In this document: positions 36,910 through 47,728 of the stretch, in pieces | How positions within the stretch are numbered: the stretch's first letter is position 1 | Layout of the letters: each line of letters opens with the position of its first letter | Source of the DNA: a virus | Direction: 5' to 3' (one strand) | Length of the DNA: 64,000 nucleotides | IMG/VR virus record: IMGVR_UViG_3300011113_000784 | Location: 46,968 to 110,967 of that record | The notes under the pieces: generated by a model | Seen by the model: the letters and a program-made list of their open reading frames with translations, nothing else | The model's database searches: none | Told to the model about the DNA's origin: nothing | Made by a program: the position numbers and the translations under genes

Positions 36910-37913
36910 GACTCTAACATTCCTCTCCAAGTTTGCACATATGATTCTCTTATATTCTTCCAATTATAAGTTTGGGTATGTCTAATTAGTTCTTCTCTAA
37001 AATCCCATGTATTGGTCTTATACCAATCAATAGCTTTTGCAATACAATCTGGATCTTTCTTCATTACAAGCTTGCAATTATTGTCTAAACAATCAGCAGC
37101 GCCTACACCATAAGACGCAATGACTGGTCTGCCAAATGTCATTGCTTCAAGAATCTCAATACCAAAACCCTCTGTAACACTTGGCTGAACATAAACAGTA
37201 ATAGATTTGAAGAAATCATCTAAATTTTTCACATAACCAAGTATGTTGTAATTTGCTTTACCACCAAATTGGCGAATCATGTTTATAAGATATGGAGATT
37301 GCGCTCCCGCAAATGTCAAAACAGCATCTTTGTAGTTTAATTTTGCCCAAGCTTCAATTAGATACTTTATTCCCTTATCAGGTCCGATTTGACCTAAGTA
37401 TCCAACTGAAAAGGTTTTAGGATAAGAATAGTTAAAACCCTGATAACACCCATGTGGAATAATGGTTGTGTTTTTACAACCAAATTCTTGCATTATTTTG
37501 CTGCTATGTCTACTTGGACAAATCACAAGATCCGCATTTAGATAGCTAGATATATATTGATTCCATAGTGCAGGTTCAGTAATATGTGGAAAATCATAAG
37601 GAATACCAAGAATTTTAAATTCTTCTTGGCTTTCTTTGATGTCGTGTGCTGCTGCCGTGTAAGAAATCTTTACGCCTTTTTCTTTCAACTTTTTGGTTAG
37701 TTGAGGAAATGTTCCAGCATAAAAATGTGCCAATTTATATTTTTCTAAATCTGGAATATCAATTCCAACTTCTGCTTGAAATGGATCTTGCGTAGGTTGA
37801 GGATTGATAATATCAACCGGACCTAATTTGTTTAATGCTTCTAATTCGTTTTTGGTGACTGTTCCACCACCAGTTCCATTTCCAATTCTGTCACAAGTTA
37901 TGTAAAGAAACAT
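36906..37913 (-). CDS. glycosyltransferase family 4
   Basis: YLGQIGPDKG, PSVTEGFGI.ILEAM..G.PVI. Confidence 0.9.
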   Translation of the reverse strand: MFLYITCDRIGNGTGGGTVTKNELEALNKLGPVDIINPQPTQDPFQAEVGIDIPDLEKYKLAHFYAGTFPQLTKKLKEKGVKISYTAAAHDIKESQEEFKILGIPYDFPHITEPALWNQYISSYLNADLVICPSRHSSKIMQEFGCKNTTIIPHGCYQGFNYSYPKTFSVGYLGQIGPDKGIKYLIEAWAKLNYKDAVLTFAGAQSPYLINMIRQFGGKANYNILGYVKNLDDFFKSITVYVQPSVTEGFGIEILEAMTFGRPVIASYGVGAADCLDNNCKLVMKKDPDCIAKAIDWYKTNTWDFREELIRHTQTYNWKNIRESYVQTWRGMLES

Positions 37914-37970
37914 TTGTTTTCCTTTAAGTAAATTCTGCTTAACTAGTTGTGTCTCTTAGTAAAGCTGATT

Positions 37971-39029
37971 TTACCAGCCACCTGTATCAATTGCCTCGTA
38001 GCACAGAGATTCGTATCGGTCCACCATGTTCTCGTATGAAAACTGTCTTGCCCATTCGATACAGTTTTCTGGCTTAATTGTGCTAACCGCATCTGCCCTT
38101 ATTAGATTCTCCATCTCTTCTTGAGTCCTAACTAAGAACCCAGTTTCTCCATGTTTAACTGTTTCACGCATGGCACCATTATCCCATGCAATTACAGGCA
38201 TTCCGCATAGTTGTGATTCTACAGGAGCAAGACCAAATGGTTCCCTATAATGCAAGTTAGGATGCAATAAGGCTTTATTTGAATTAAACCATTCTACACA
38301 TTCACTCCTAGTTTGATGTCCAATATATCTCAAATGAGGAGAAATGACACATGCGTCTTTTATTCTTCTGAGAAGATCTGGTTCGCCAGTAATTCTATCA
38401 TCGCCAACTAGATCAAGACTGACGCTGCAATTATTGGCTACATTAACTGCAATGTGCGGTCCTTTGATTGTACTAATTCTTGCCAAGAACAAATATCTAT
38501 TGTTTCTTGGTTTGTTGCTTCTAGAATAGAAATTGACATCCACGCCATTGTAAGCAGTTCTTGAACTACATTTGAGATGTGTTGTGCATACTTCAGCTTG
38601 ATCATGAGAAATACAAATTAAACATGGGAATGGTACAGGAGGAGCAGTGTGGTACATTGTTTCCACAGGAGCATGTAAGACACCCAAAACAGGTTGAGGA
38701 AGGTTACCTTCCATTTTCAGTATGTAAGACCATTTTTCCCAACTATGATCAATAATTACATCAAATTGATTAAGTTTTTGCCAATAGCCACTATAAGCTT
38801 GTCTTTCAGATTCACCCAAAGTTGTTTCATGTAACTTAGCATTAGTTTTTGATCCTCTTGGAGCAATAAGAGTTACATCATGACCTTTATTGTGCAGTCC
38901 TTCGGCACATTGCCAAGAGATCATTTCTAAACCGGCATAGCCATTTGGAGGACAAGGTAGAACTGTAGTAGAAATAACACAAATTTTAAGCTTATTTGTG
39001 TTCGTAGAAGGTAAGTGTGTCATTTTCAT
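37971..39029 (-). CDS. glycosyltransferase family 4
   Basis: PP.GY.GLE, RIS..KG, EPFGL..VE...CG.PV, GETGF. Confidence 0.9.
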   Translation of the reverse strand: MKMTHLPSTNTNKLKICVISTTVLPCPPNGYAGLEMISWQCAEGLHNKGHDVTLIAPRGSKTNAKLHETTLGESERQAYSGYWQKLNQFDVIIDHSWEKWSYILKMEGNLPQPVLGVLHAPVETMYHTAPPVPFPCLICISHDQAEVCTTHLKCSSRTAYNGVDVNFYSRSNKPRNNRYLFLARISTIKGPHIAVNVANNCSVSLDLVGDDRITGEPDLLRRIKDACVISPHLRYIGHQTRSECVEWFNSNKALLHPNLHYREPFGLAPVESQLCGMPVIAWDNGAMRETVKHGETGFLVRTQEEMENLIRADAVSTIKPENCIEWARQFSYENMVDRYESLCYEAIDTGGW

Positions 39030-39697
39030 GGTTTAATTTCCAAAGGCTTGTATCCTTCTAAAGAAGAACTTGCATAGCCAATATGGCTACATTGTATGCT
39101 TGTATCGACATGAATTTTAAATCCATGATTTCGTGCATGTTTGCAGAATGTGAAGTCTTCACTTGTTTTTTCTAGGTGAGGAAGATCAGTACGGTCGCAT
39201 CGCCATTCAAACCAATGACAACGATTGCTTAATGGAGGCAATGTTTTAAGAACATCTCTGTGTATCAGAAGACATCCAGAACCAACAAAATCTACTTCAA
39301 TCAAGCTGTTTGCTGGGTATTCTGTGATCCATTGTGGTCCATTTGGACTGTCTTTTAACATTACAGGAGCTAAAGGAGGATATCTTCTGTAATAAACACC
39401 GCTAACAATTGGTTTATTATGGTTTATTAATCTAACTACAGTGTCTGGAGGGGCAATAACATCGTCATCAAGGAAGAATAACCATTCCCAACCTAATTCA
39501 ATTGTTTTTAAACATCCTGTATTTCGTGCCATGTCGAATGGCATTCCGCTCAATGCTGTCCAAGCACCATTGGGCAAATACATATTCCTTAGTCCAAATG
39601 CCCAAGCTGTTGTTACTGTTTCTCTAGTTAAAACACATCCAAGAACTCTATTTTGATTAACTGGTTGTGCGTTTATTTGTTCCCATGATCCCGGCAT
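39026..39697 (-). CDS. GT-A (GT2-like) glycosyltransferase
   Basis: ARN, LFFLDDD, IVSGVY, G.GCLLI.R.V, SED..FC. Confidence 0.8.
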   Translation of the reverse strand: MPGSWEQINAQPVNQNRVLGCVLTRETVTTAWAFGLRNMYLPNGAWTALSGMPFDMARNTGCLKTIELGWEWLFFLDDDVIAPPDTVVRLINHNKPIVSGVYYRRYPPLAPVMLKDSPNGPQWITEYPANSLIEVDFVGSGCLLIHRDVLKTLPPLSNRCHWFEWRCDRTDLPHLEKTSEDFTFCKHARNHGFKIHVDTSIQCSHIGYASSSLEGYKPLEIKP

Positions 39698-39771
39698 TTT
39701 TATTACCTGATAAGATTATAATTTAACATAGAACAAATTAATAAATTCTATATTAGGTTAAGGAGAAAATC

Positions 39772-40941
39772 ATGAGCGAACTTGTGCCAATCAATGAAAG
39801 AGTTAATAAAGCAATTGATTTAGTTAAGGAAATGGAAGATGCTTTTCTTGAGATTCAGCAACCAAGAACTGCTTATGTCTTGGAAAAATTTGTCGTAGGA
39901 CAACATGATCATGTCACACAAAGCTACGCACAGTGTGTATTGGAGCTTCAAGTAAAATATGATAATTTGAGGAGAGCAAAACTCAATAGAAGAAAACTTG
40001 AAATTAAGATTAAAGAATATGAAGACAAGGCAACAGAATTGGATTTAATTGAGGCTGATCTTGTCCGTATTGACTTGGAAGAACAAGATCGTGCTGTTTT
40101 AGGTGCTTTGAGAGAGTTTGAAGCTCTTTATAAACTTTGGAAGAATTTTCCTAAGAAATATACAAGGGCAGAGCTTGATGCTGCACAACCAGATTACTGG
40201 AAGGCAAGGCTTGAAAGACAAGCACAACAAGACCTCCAAGCTACTGGAAGAATCGGTGTTGGCAATAATGAAGCATTGCGTCAGATTGGTTTAACTGGAA
40301 CACCACAACTTGATCATATTAGAGAAGTTGAGAAGAAATATCTTGAAGTAGGAGATATCAAGGTTTTAGTTTGCGTACCGACTAGGGAAAAAGCTGAAAA
40401 GCTGCCTGTTCTTGAAAACTTGACAATTCCATCTGGTGTTCAAGTAAAGTTCTTGAATGTTTTCGGAAGGACTACTGCCGATGCCTACAACGAAGCTATT
40501 CAAACAGCTTTGAATGATGGGGCTGATTTTTTCCTCACTGTTGAAGATGATACTTTCCCACCAGATGATGCATTCTTTAAGATTTTGAAGCGTTATCGTG
40601 AATTAGGAGAACCTAAAGCTGTTATTGGTGGCTACTACATTAAAAAATCACCTACTAGAGAAGGTGTTCACATTACTGTTGCAAATGGTAAGCGTCAAGC
40701 TCTTACACTTAGTCAGCAAGATCGTGGACTTTATGAAGTTTATACTATCGCTCAGGGGTTTACTTTGTTCCCAATTCAATGCTTTTTGCAGACTGAATAC
40801 CCTTGGACTGTAACTACTTCACATTTGACACAAGATAGTTTCTTGTCGCAAAAGCTTAGAGACAAGGGATTTAAGTTGTTTGTTGATGGCGATATTCGTT
40901 GTCGTCATTTGGATGTAACTACTGGCGAATATTATGAATAA
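39772..40941 (+). CDS. phage coiled-coil domain fused to GT-A-like domain
   Basis: N-half helical (YW..RL.RQA..D....G.IG.GN); C-half LTVEDD, IGGYY, QDSFL. Confidence 0.65.
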   Translation: MSELVPINERVNKAIDLVKEMEDAFLEIQQPRTAYVLEKFVVGQHDHVTQSYAQCVLELQVKYDNLRRAKLNRRKLEIKIKEYEDKATELDLIEADLVRIDLEEQDRAVLGALREFEALYKLWKNFPKKYTRAELDAAQPDYWKARLERQAQQDLQATGRIGVGNNEALRQIGLTGTPQLDHIREVEKKYLEVGDIKVLVCVPTREKAEKLPVLENLTIPSGVQVKFLNVFGRTTADAYNEAIQTALNDGADFFLTVEDDTFPPDDAFFKILKRYRELGEPKAVIGGYYIKKSPTREGVHITVANGKRQALTLSQQDRGLYEVYTIAQGFTLFPIQCFLQTEYPWTVTTSHLTQDSFLSQKLRDKGFKLFVDGDIRCRHLDVTTGEYYE

Positions 40942-41527
40942 TAAAATTAACTGTGAATTAGTTTTTCCAACCACAATATTCTTCTGTGATCTTCATGATA
41001 GTTATCGTGAAGATCTGATTGATTACACAAGATATTGTCAAGCTGTTGATCCAATTGGTGTGGAAAAAACCAATATGGGTGGCGGTTGGCAAAGTAAGGA
41101 CAATTGGCTTGATAATCCATCGTGCAAACTTTTAAAGGATGACTTAGAAAATGTGGTAAATAATATTTGTGAATCACTAAAAATAAAAGAAAAATTAAAG
41201 ATTTATAATTCTTGGGTGAATGTAAATCCTACTGGTGGATATAATGTTGCCCATATGCATCCAAGGAATTTATTTTCTGGGTGTTATTATTTACAAACTC
41301 CTAAAGATTGTGGAAATATAATTTTTTATTCTCCTTTACATGCTAAGGAAATGATTGATGCTAGTTATAATGAAATGAGTATTATTACTGCAAATCATTT
41401 AATTTATCCAGCTATTGCTGGTCGTGTTTATTTGTTTCCATCTTGGTTGCAGCATAGTGTTCAAACCAATCTATCTTCTGAAGATAGAATTAGCATGAGT
41501 TTTAATGTGTTTTTTGAAAATTTTTAA
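40934..41527 (+). CDS. 2OG-Fe(II) oxygenase (TIGR02466-like)
   Basis: GGWQS, SW.N, H.HP...SG.YY, FPSWL.H.V, RIS.SFN. Confidence 0.85.
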   Translation: MNNKINCELVFPTTIFFCDLHDSYREDLIDYTRYCQAVDPIGVEKTNMGGGWQSKDNWLDNPSCKLLKDDLENVVNNICESLKIKEKLKIYNSWVNVNPTGGYNVAHMHPRNLFSGCYYLQTPKDCGNIIFYSPLHAKEMIDASYNEMSIITANHLIYPAIAGRVYLFPSWLQHSVQTNLSSEDRISMSFNVFFENF

Positions 41528-44500
41528 CGCATATTATATGGCAATGTGCCTTGGAATCCGCTTCTGATCATCATGGGGCTTGGCATTACAAAAAGTCCTC
41601 CACTCATGGCAACACCAATAGATTGTTGCATGTCTCCTGAAAGGAATGGTGCGCCCGAAGCTGCTCCTCCCATGAATCCGCTTCTGTTTACAATAAAACC
41701 ACCTGATCCGACATAAAGTGGTTGTCCTTGAAATCCTGATGCGACTTGACCTGAAACAGTTTGACCAACATATCCATAGTAGAAAACTCTGCCAGTCGTT
41801 CCACTTAGAATTGCACCACTTGTTACACCAATTGCGGGAAGTCTTAATCCGCTTGCTCTTTCTGCTCTACGAATGAGGTTACCAGAACCAATGCATACTG
41901 CTTTTATTCCAGAAATCAGTTCTCCTGCAAGGAAATAATCAAACATTGGTCTGTTTGTGTTTATTTGCGCTGTTTCTGCTAGGTTATAAGGGAATGCTGC
42001 ATTTTGTCCACTAGCAGTTACCAATGTAATAGTACCGGATGCTAATTTGCTGCTAGTAAGATAAGCTAATGAAGTATCACCAAGATGCACATTTCCAATT
42101 TGTCCGCTACCAATACTCACATATTGAATTACATCTCCAAGAAATGCTGGGAAGTTGATGACACCGCTTCCAATATTGCCAGAAAGTATTGTGGCGTTTG
42201 CAAAATGAACTCTTGCAATTTCTCCTGATTGAATGTTTCCACTCGCAATGCCTCGGTTTGAGAAGTTATTTGTGGTTCCATCGCTAAATACAACGCCTGA
42301 AACAATGTTTCCGCTTAATATTGAACCAGATGCTAAGTTAGTAAAACGAATTTTGTCTGCTGTTGTTGTTGTAATTTTTCCAGATATAATAATTGTGTTG
42401 TATGTGTATACAGGAGCAGTTCCTCCATCAACACCATAACCAACATATCTAGATTGGCTTAAATTAGCAGTTGTTTGAGCGGCAGTGGTGTCTGTTGAAT
42501 ATGTTAATTTGTCTGCCAAAGAAACAATTCCAGTAGAAGGAAGTCCGCCAGCAAAATATCCTGCTATTGAAACATTAGAAACTCCAGCAGGTGCCCATCT
42601 TCCTTGGCTGAGATTTGCACTTGTTTGAGCAGCAGTTGTGTCAGTTGAAAATGTTATTTTATCTGCTGTTGCCAAGTAGCTTGTTGAACCATCGCCACCA
42701 GCAAAATAACCTTTTGTTATCCCTTCTGAAACGCCTGTTAAATAAACTCTTGTTTGACTAACATTTGCAGTTGTTTGGACAGCAGTTGTATCAGTTGAAT
42801 ATGTTAATTTGTCTGTCAAATCAGTGACGGCATTATTACTAAATCCGCCAGCAAAATAACCTTTTGTGCCTTCTCCATTACATCCTGCTAAACCATATCT
42901 AGCAAGACTTAAATTTGCCGTTGTTTGAGCCACGGTTGATTCATTAGAATATGTTATCTTATCAGCAATATTGCTAAAATTGTTACTATATCCACCAGCA
43001 AAATATCCTTTTGTTGTTCCTTCTGTAACTCCAGCCAAGCCCCATCTGTTTTGGCTTATGTTCGCACTTGTTTGAGAAAATGTTGTATCTGATAAGTATA
43101 TTATTTTTTCTGTAGCGGCGGTATAATTTACAGCGGTAGTAAGACCGCCAGTAAAATATCCTTTTGTTCCTTCGCCAGAACATCCAGCTAAATAACCTCT
43201 TCCCAACCTTAGATTTGCGGTTGTTTGGGCAGTAGTTGTATCATTTGAATATGTAATTTTATCTGTTGTTGCAAAAAATAAGTTTCCATCTGAACCACCA
43301 GCAAAATAACCAGCTTTATCTGTAGATGAAATATATGAAAAACAGTTTAAATTTATGGAGTTATTGTTAAACATGAATGCGGTTATACCGCCAGATACAT
43401 ATTGTGCTGTTGGAACAGTCCACAATCCGCTTGTTAAATTATCACTTGCTACACAGCCAAAGTTAAAACTTCCAGAAGATAAGGATGTATCTGCAAAATG
43501 ACCGCTGTTTACTGCGGTTAATGCAATGCTAAATTGATATATTTGTCCACTTGCAATAGCTCCACTTTCGACTCCGTTATTTCCTATAGCTGTATTTCCA
43601 ATTATACCGCTTGCTATATCGCCACTTTGTATCGCATTGTTTGCAATCAAGTCATTAGAAATAATACTTGGCTCAAAGTTACCACTTAATACAGAGTTAT
43701 TATCAGCGTATACAACAGAGCCAGATGCAAATTTTCCGCTTGCATTTATTGCACCAGAAGCAATGTCGAAATTATTGATTTCTCCGCTTGCTATATGCGG
43801 AGACACTATTCTACCACTTTGAATATCGCCACTATTAACTGATTGGTTTGCAAAAGCAAAATTAAATAAAGCTCCTGATGACAATGCAGTTACAGATATA
43901 CCACCACTATAAATAAGATCGCTATTAATGCTATTATTAGCAAATGCTGCAACTGATCCGCTTGAAATAGAACCACTTATAACAGATGCTTCTCCTAATT
44001 CAAAACTGGTTACTGTTCCACTTTGAATGCTTCCTGAAACAACTGAATTATCAGCAAACATATCAGATGTAATTATACCAGATCCAAGCGTTCCTGAAAC
44101 TAAATGAAAACGACTTATTTGACCGCTTGCGATACTACCACTTACTACTGAATTGTCACCAAATACATAAGAAAATTCTTGACCTGCTCCTACTAAATTA
44201 TATCTTCCTTGGCTTAAATTAGCCGTTGTTTGTGCTGCAATTGTGTCATCTGAATAAGTTAATTTGTCTGTAGTTGTAGAAACAGTTGTTCCGTTATCCG
44301 TAGTGCCACCAGCAAAATATCCTTTGGTGGCTCCCTCAGTAACTGATCCAAGCACCCACGATCTTGGTTGACTTAAATTAAGAGTCGTTTGAGAAGATGT
44401 AGTATCTGTAGAGTAAATTATTTTATTTCTAAGTGACATAGCAGTGTTGTCAGAGGCTATTAAGTAACCTTTTGTTCCTTCACCAGAACATCCATATGGT

Positions 44501-47500
44501 CTTATTGCTGCCGTGGTCAAATTGGCAGTTGTTTGAGCAGCAGTTATGTCTGTCGAGTATGTCAGCTTGTCCGCTGTTACAACATATCCTGTTGTAGAAT
44601 TTGTATTGCCACCAACAAAATAGCCTTTTGTAAATCCTTCTGAAACTCCTATTAAAAATGATCTTGCTTGACTTAGATTTGCGCTTGTTTGAGCGGATGT
44701 TGTATCATTAGAATATGTTATCTTGTCAGTTGTCGCCAAAAATCCGCTAGTACCGCCTCCAAAAGTTGCACCTCCACCAAAATAGCCTTTTGATGAATAT
44801 TGAGATATAGAAGCTAAATATGACCTTGCCTGACTTAAATTTGCTGTTGTTTGAGCAGCACTTGTGTCTGAAAAATAAATTATTCTTTCTGTTGTAACAA
44901 CTGGATTTCCACCACCAGCAAAATATCCTTTTGTTACTCCATTTCCAGAACATCCAGCTAATCCAGCCTTTGCCTGACTTAAATTTGCTGTTGTTTGAGC
45001 AGTAGTTGTTTCCGTTGAATATACTAATTTATCTGTTCTTGTTGTTACACCAGAGATAGCATCTGTTCTGCCACCAGCAAAATAACCTTTGCTTCCACCT
45101 CTAATTCCACGAAAAATATTAATTTGACCAATTATATCGTTGATAATTATTGGTGCAATTTGTCCAGATCCAATATTTCCACTTGTTACTGCAACATCAC
45201 CAATATTACCACTTTGAACAATTCCTGAAGGTAAATAATTAAAAGCAAAATGATATTGTCCTATTTCGTTACTTGATATATTCCCGCTATTGACGGAATT
45301 ATTGCCAAAGTTACCACTTATAACTTGACCAGATGAAATATCGTTATAACCAATTACTGAATATTGATTAACAGAAGCTAGTCCTCCTCTAGCTTGACTC
45401 AAGTTAGCGGTTGTGGATGCATTGGTTGTATCATTTGAATAATTGATTTTGTCTGCATTAGGAGAAAATATAAATCCTGTAGATAATCCTCCTGCCACAA
45501 ATCCCTTGCTTATGCCTTGAGAAACTCCAGTACTTTGATATTGGTTGGTACTTAGATTTGCAGATGTTTGAGCAGAAACTACTTCTGTTGAATATATGAT
45601 TTTATCTGCTGTTCCTAAAATATTGCCAGCTAAGTATCCACCTATGAAATAACCTTTTGTAGTTTCACCAGTAACACCAGATAAATATCCTCTATTTTGG
45701 CTAAGGTTAGCTACAGTTACACTAGAAGTAGTATCATTAGAATATGTTATTCTATATACATCAGTTAGTTCATTGCCGCCACTATCATAACCACCAGCAT
45801 AAAATCCTTTTGTGCTTCCGTTTGTAACTGCCGCCAATCCAAAAATGCCTATTGGTAAATCAGCGGTTGTTTGAGCCGCTGTTGTGTCATTAGAATATGT
45901 GATCTTATCAGAAGTAGTAAGTGCTGCACCTCCGCCAGTAAAATATCCTTTTGTTCCTTCGCCAGAACATCCGGCTAAATAACCTCTCGCTTGACTTAAA
46001 TTAGATACAGTACTTGCAGAAGAAGTATCAGTTGCAAACAATAATTTATCGGCGTTTACTGTATCCCCACTAACTCCATCATAACCTCCAGCCAGATATC
46101 CTTTAGTTGTATTTTCAGACACACCAGCTAAATTTATTCTTATTTGACTTAGATTTGCTGTTGTTTTTGCTATTGTTGTATCGTTTGAGAAATTTAGTTT
46201 ATCTCCTGTTTGATATATGGCTAATGAATCACCACCTGCAACAAAGTAACCTGCTCCATTGACACTTTGAGCAAAACATGTACTATTAATTTGTCCACTT
46301 GCTATGTTTCCTGAAACAATAGAATTATTACCAAAATTACCACTCTGAACTTGTCCAGAATTTAAAAATGTGCCAGAAGCAAAATGATTAATTCCTAATT
46401 GACCAGAAGAAATGTTACCAGAGCAAATGCTATTTTGATCGAAAACATTTGTAAATTCTTGCCCAGCAGCAGCTAATCTTTCTATTGATCCAATAAGATT
46501 TGCACTTGTTTGAGCAGCAGTTGTGTCTGTTGTATATGTCAATTTGTCTGCTGTTGATGTAGGTGAGCCTGTGTTTCCACCAGCAAAATAACCTTTTGTT
46601 GAACCTTGAGAAATTCCTGCTAAATAATTTCTAGCTTGGCTAAGATTAGCTGATGTTTGAGCAACATTTGTATCTGTTGAATATGTCAATTTGTCTGCCG
46701 TTGCAACAGAGCCACTAGTTTGTCCACCTGCAAAGTAACCTTTTGTTCCTTCGCCAGAGCATCCTGCTAAACTAAATCTCGCTTGGCTTAAATTTGCCGT
46801 TGTTTGAGCAGCAGTTGTGTCTGTTGAATATGTGATTTTATCTGCTGTAGAATATGAACTTGTACCAGTATCTGTAGTTCCTCCAGAGAAATAGCCTTTG
46901 TCTATTTCGTTTGAAATCCCAGCCAATGAGTTTCTAGCAAGACTTAAATTTGCTGTTGTTTGAGCAGCAGTTGTGTCTGTTGAATATGTGATTTTATCTG
47001 CTGTTGCAACAGGAACACTTGCTCCAGTTTTGCCTCCAGCAAAATAACCTTTTGTTTTTTCACCGGAACATCCAGCTAAGTAACTTCTTGCTTGACTAAG
47101 ATTTGCGCTTGTTTGTGCATTAGTTGTTTCTGTCGAATATGTCAATTTATCTGCCGTTGCAACAAGAAGATTTGTGTCGCCGCCAGCAAAATATCCTTTC
47201 ATATAACAATCTGAAACCGCTGCTAAACCAGATCTCGCTTGGCTTAAATTTGCCGTTGTTTGAGCAGCAGTTGTGTCAGAAGAATAAATTATTTTATTGA
47301 CAGCTACTAATAACTGTGAAAATATTTCATTACCACCAGCAAAATAACCTTGATTACCGCCTCTTGTTGTCGTCAATATTCCAACATTAAAGTTATTTAT
47401 GTGATATTGTCCAATTTGTCCAGAAGCTATATTGCCACTTGTTACTGCATTATTGCCAATAAATCCAGATGTTACCGATCCGCTGGTAATAGAAATGACA

Positions 47501-47715
47501 CTGCCACCGCCACCAACACCACTTGCTAAATGAAAATTTCCTACTTGTCCCGATGGTATATTTCCGCTGAATACAACAGGAGTTCCTAATTGACCACTTG
47601 TAACTGCACCAGATGCACGAACAGATGCCCAATATGTTCCATTATAGATCCAACTTTGACTTAAATAGTCATATCGTTGACCGGATGATGGAGGAAATGG
47701 AAAGCTAATAGGCAT
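41524..47715 (-). CDS. giant fibre/adhesin-like virion protein with four 6-bladed Kelch-like propellers and SG-repeat linkers
   Basis: 24 GYFAGG...DK.TYS.DT..AQT.ANLS..R repeats in 4 blocks; MPISFP..P..GQ.Y..W.YNG..W N-terminus. Confidence 0.75.
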   Translation of the reverse strand: MPISFPFPPSSGQRYDYLSQSWIYNGTYWASVRASGAVTSGQLGTPVVFSGNIPSGQVGNFHLASGVGGGGSVISITSGSVTSGFIGNNAVTSGNIASGQIGQYHINNFNVGILTTTRGGNQGYFAGGNEIFSQLLVAVNKIIYSSDTTAAQTTANLSQARSGLAAVSDCYMKGYFAGGDTNLLVATADKLTYSTETTNAQTSANLSQARSYLAGCSGEKTKGYFAGGKTGASVPVATADKITYSTDTTAAQTTANLSLARNSLAGISNEIDKGYFSGGTTDTGTSSYSTADKITYSTDTTAAQTTANLSQARFSLAGCSGEGTKGYFAGGQTSGSVATADKLTYSTDTNVAQTSANLSQARNYLAGISQGSTKGYFAGGNTGSPTSTADKLTYTTDTTAAQTSANLIGSIERLAAAGQEFTNVFDQNSICSGNISSGQLGINHFASGTFLNSGQVQSGNFGNNSIVSGNIASGQINSTCFAQSVNGAGYFVAGGDSLAIYQTGDKLNFSNDTTIAKTTANLSQIRINLAGVSENTTKGYLAGGYDGVSGDTVNADKLLFATDTSSASTVSNLSQARGYLAGCSGEGTKGYFTGGGAALTTSDKITYSNDTTAAQTTADLPIGIFGLAAVTNGSTKGFYAGGYDSGGNELTDVYRITYSNDTTSSVTVANLSQNRGYLSGVTGETTKGYFIGGYLAGNILGTADKIIYSTEVVSAQTSANLSTNQYQSTGVSQGISKGFVAGGLSTGFIFSPNADKINYSNDTTNASTTANLSQARGGLASVNQYSVIGYNDISSGQVISGNFGNNSVNSGNISSNEIGQYHFAFNYLPSGIVQSGNIGDVAVTSGNIGSGQIAPIIINDIIGQINIFRGIRGGSKGYFAGGRTDAISGVTTRTDKLVYSTETTTAQTTANLSQAKAGLAGCSGNGVTKGYFAGGGNPVVTTERIIYFSDTSAAQTTANLSQARSYLASISQYSSKGYFGGGATFGGGTSGFLATTDKITYSNDTTSAQTSANLSQARSFLIGVSEGFTKGYFVGGNTNSTTGYVVTADKLTYSTDITAAQTTANLTTAAIRPYGCSGEGTKGYLIASDNTAMSLRNKIIYSTDTTSSQTTLNLSQPRSWVLGSVTEGATKGYFAGGTTDNGTTVSTTTDKLTYSDDTIAAQTTANLSQGRYNLVGAGQEFSYVFGDNSVVSGSIASGQISRFHLVSGTLGSGIITSDMFADNSVVSGSIQSGTVTSFELGEASVISGSISSGSVAAFANNSINSDLIYSGGISVTALSSGALFNFAFANQSVNSGDIQSGRIVSPHIASGEINNFDIASGAINASGKFASGSVVYADNNSVLSGNFEPSIISNDLIANNAIQSGDIASGIIGNTAIGNNGVESGAIASGQIYQFSIALTAVNSGHFADTSLSSGSFNFGCVASDNLTSGLWTVPTAQYVSGGITAFMFNNNSINLNCFSYISSTDKAGYFAGGSDGNLFFATTDKITYSNDTTTAQTTANLRLGRGYLAGCSGEGTKGYFTGGLTTAVNYTAATEKIIYLSDTTFSQTSANISQNRWGLAGVTEGTTKGYFAGGYSNNFSNIADKITYSNESTVAQTTANLSLARYGLAGCNGEGTKGYFAGGFSNNAVTDLTDKLTYSTDTTAVQTTANVSQTRVYLTGVSEGITKGYFAGGDGSTSYLATADKITFSTDTTAAQTSANLSQGRWAPAGVSNVSIAGYFAGGLPSTGIVSLADKLTYSTDTTAAQTTANLSQSRYVGYGVDGGTAPVYTYNTIIISGKITTTTADKIRFTNLASGSILSGNIVSGVVFSDGTTNNFSNRGIASGNIQSGEIARVHFANATILSGNIGSGVINFPAFLGDVIQYVSIGSGQIGNVHLGDTSLAYLTSSKLASGTITLVTASGQNAAFPYNLAETAQINTNRPMFDYFLAGELISGIKAVCIGSGNLIRRAERASGLRLPAIGVTSGAILSGTTGRVFYYGYVGQTVSGQVASGFQGQPLYVGSGGFIVNRSGFMGGAASGAPFLSGDMQQSIGVAMSGGLFVMPSPMMIRSGFQGTLPYNMR

Positions 47716-47728
47716 AATTTACATCCAA

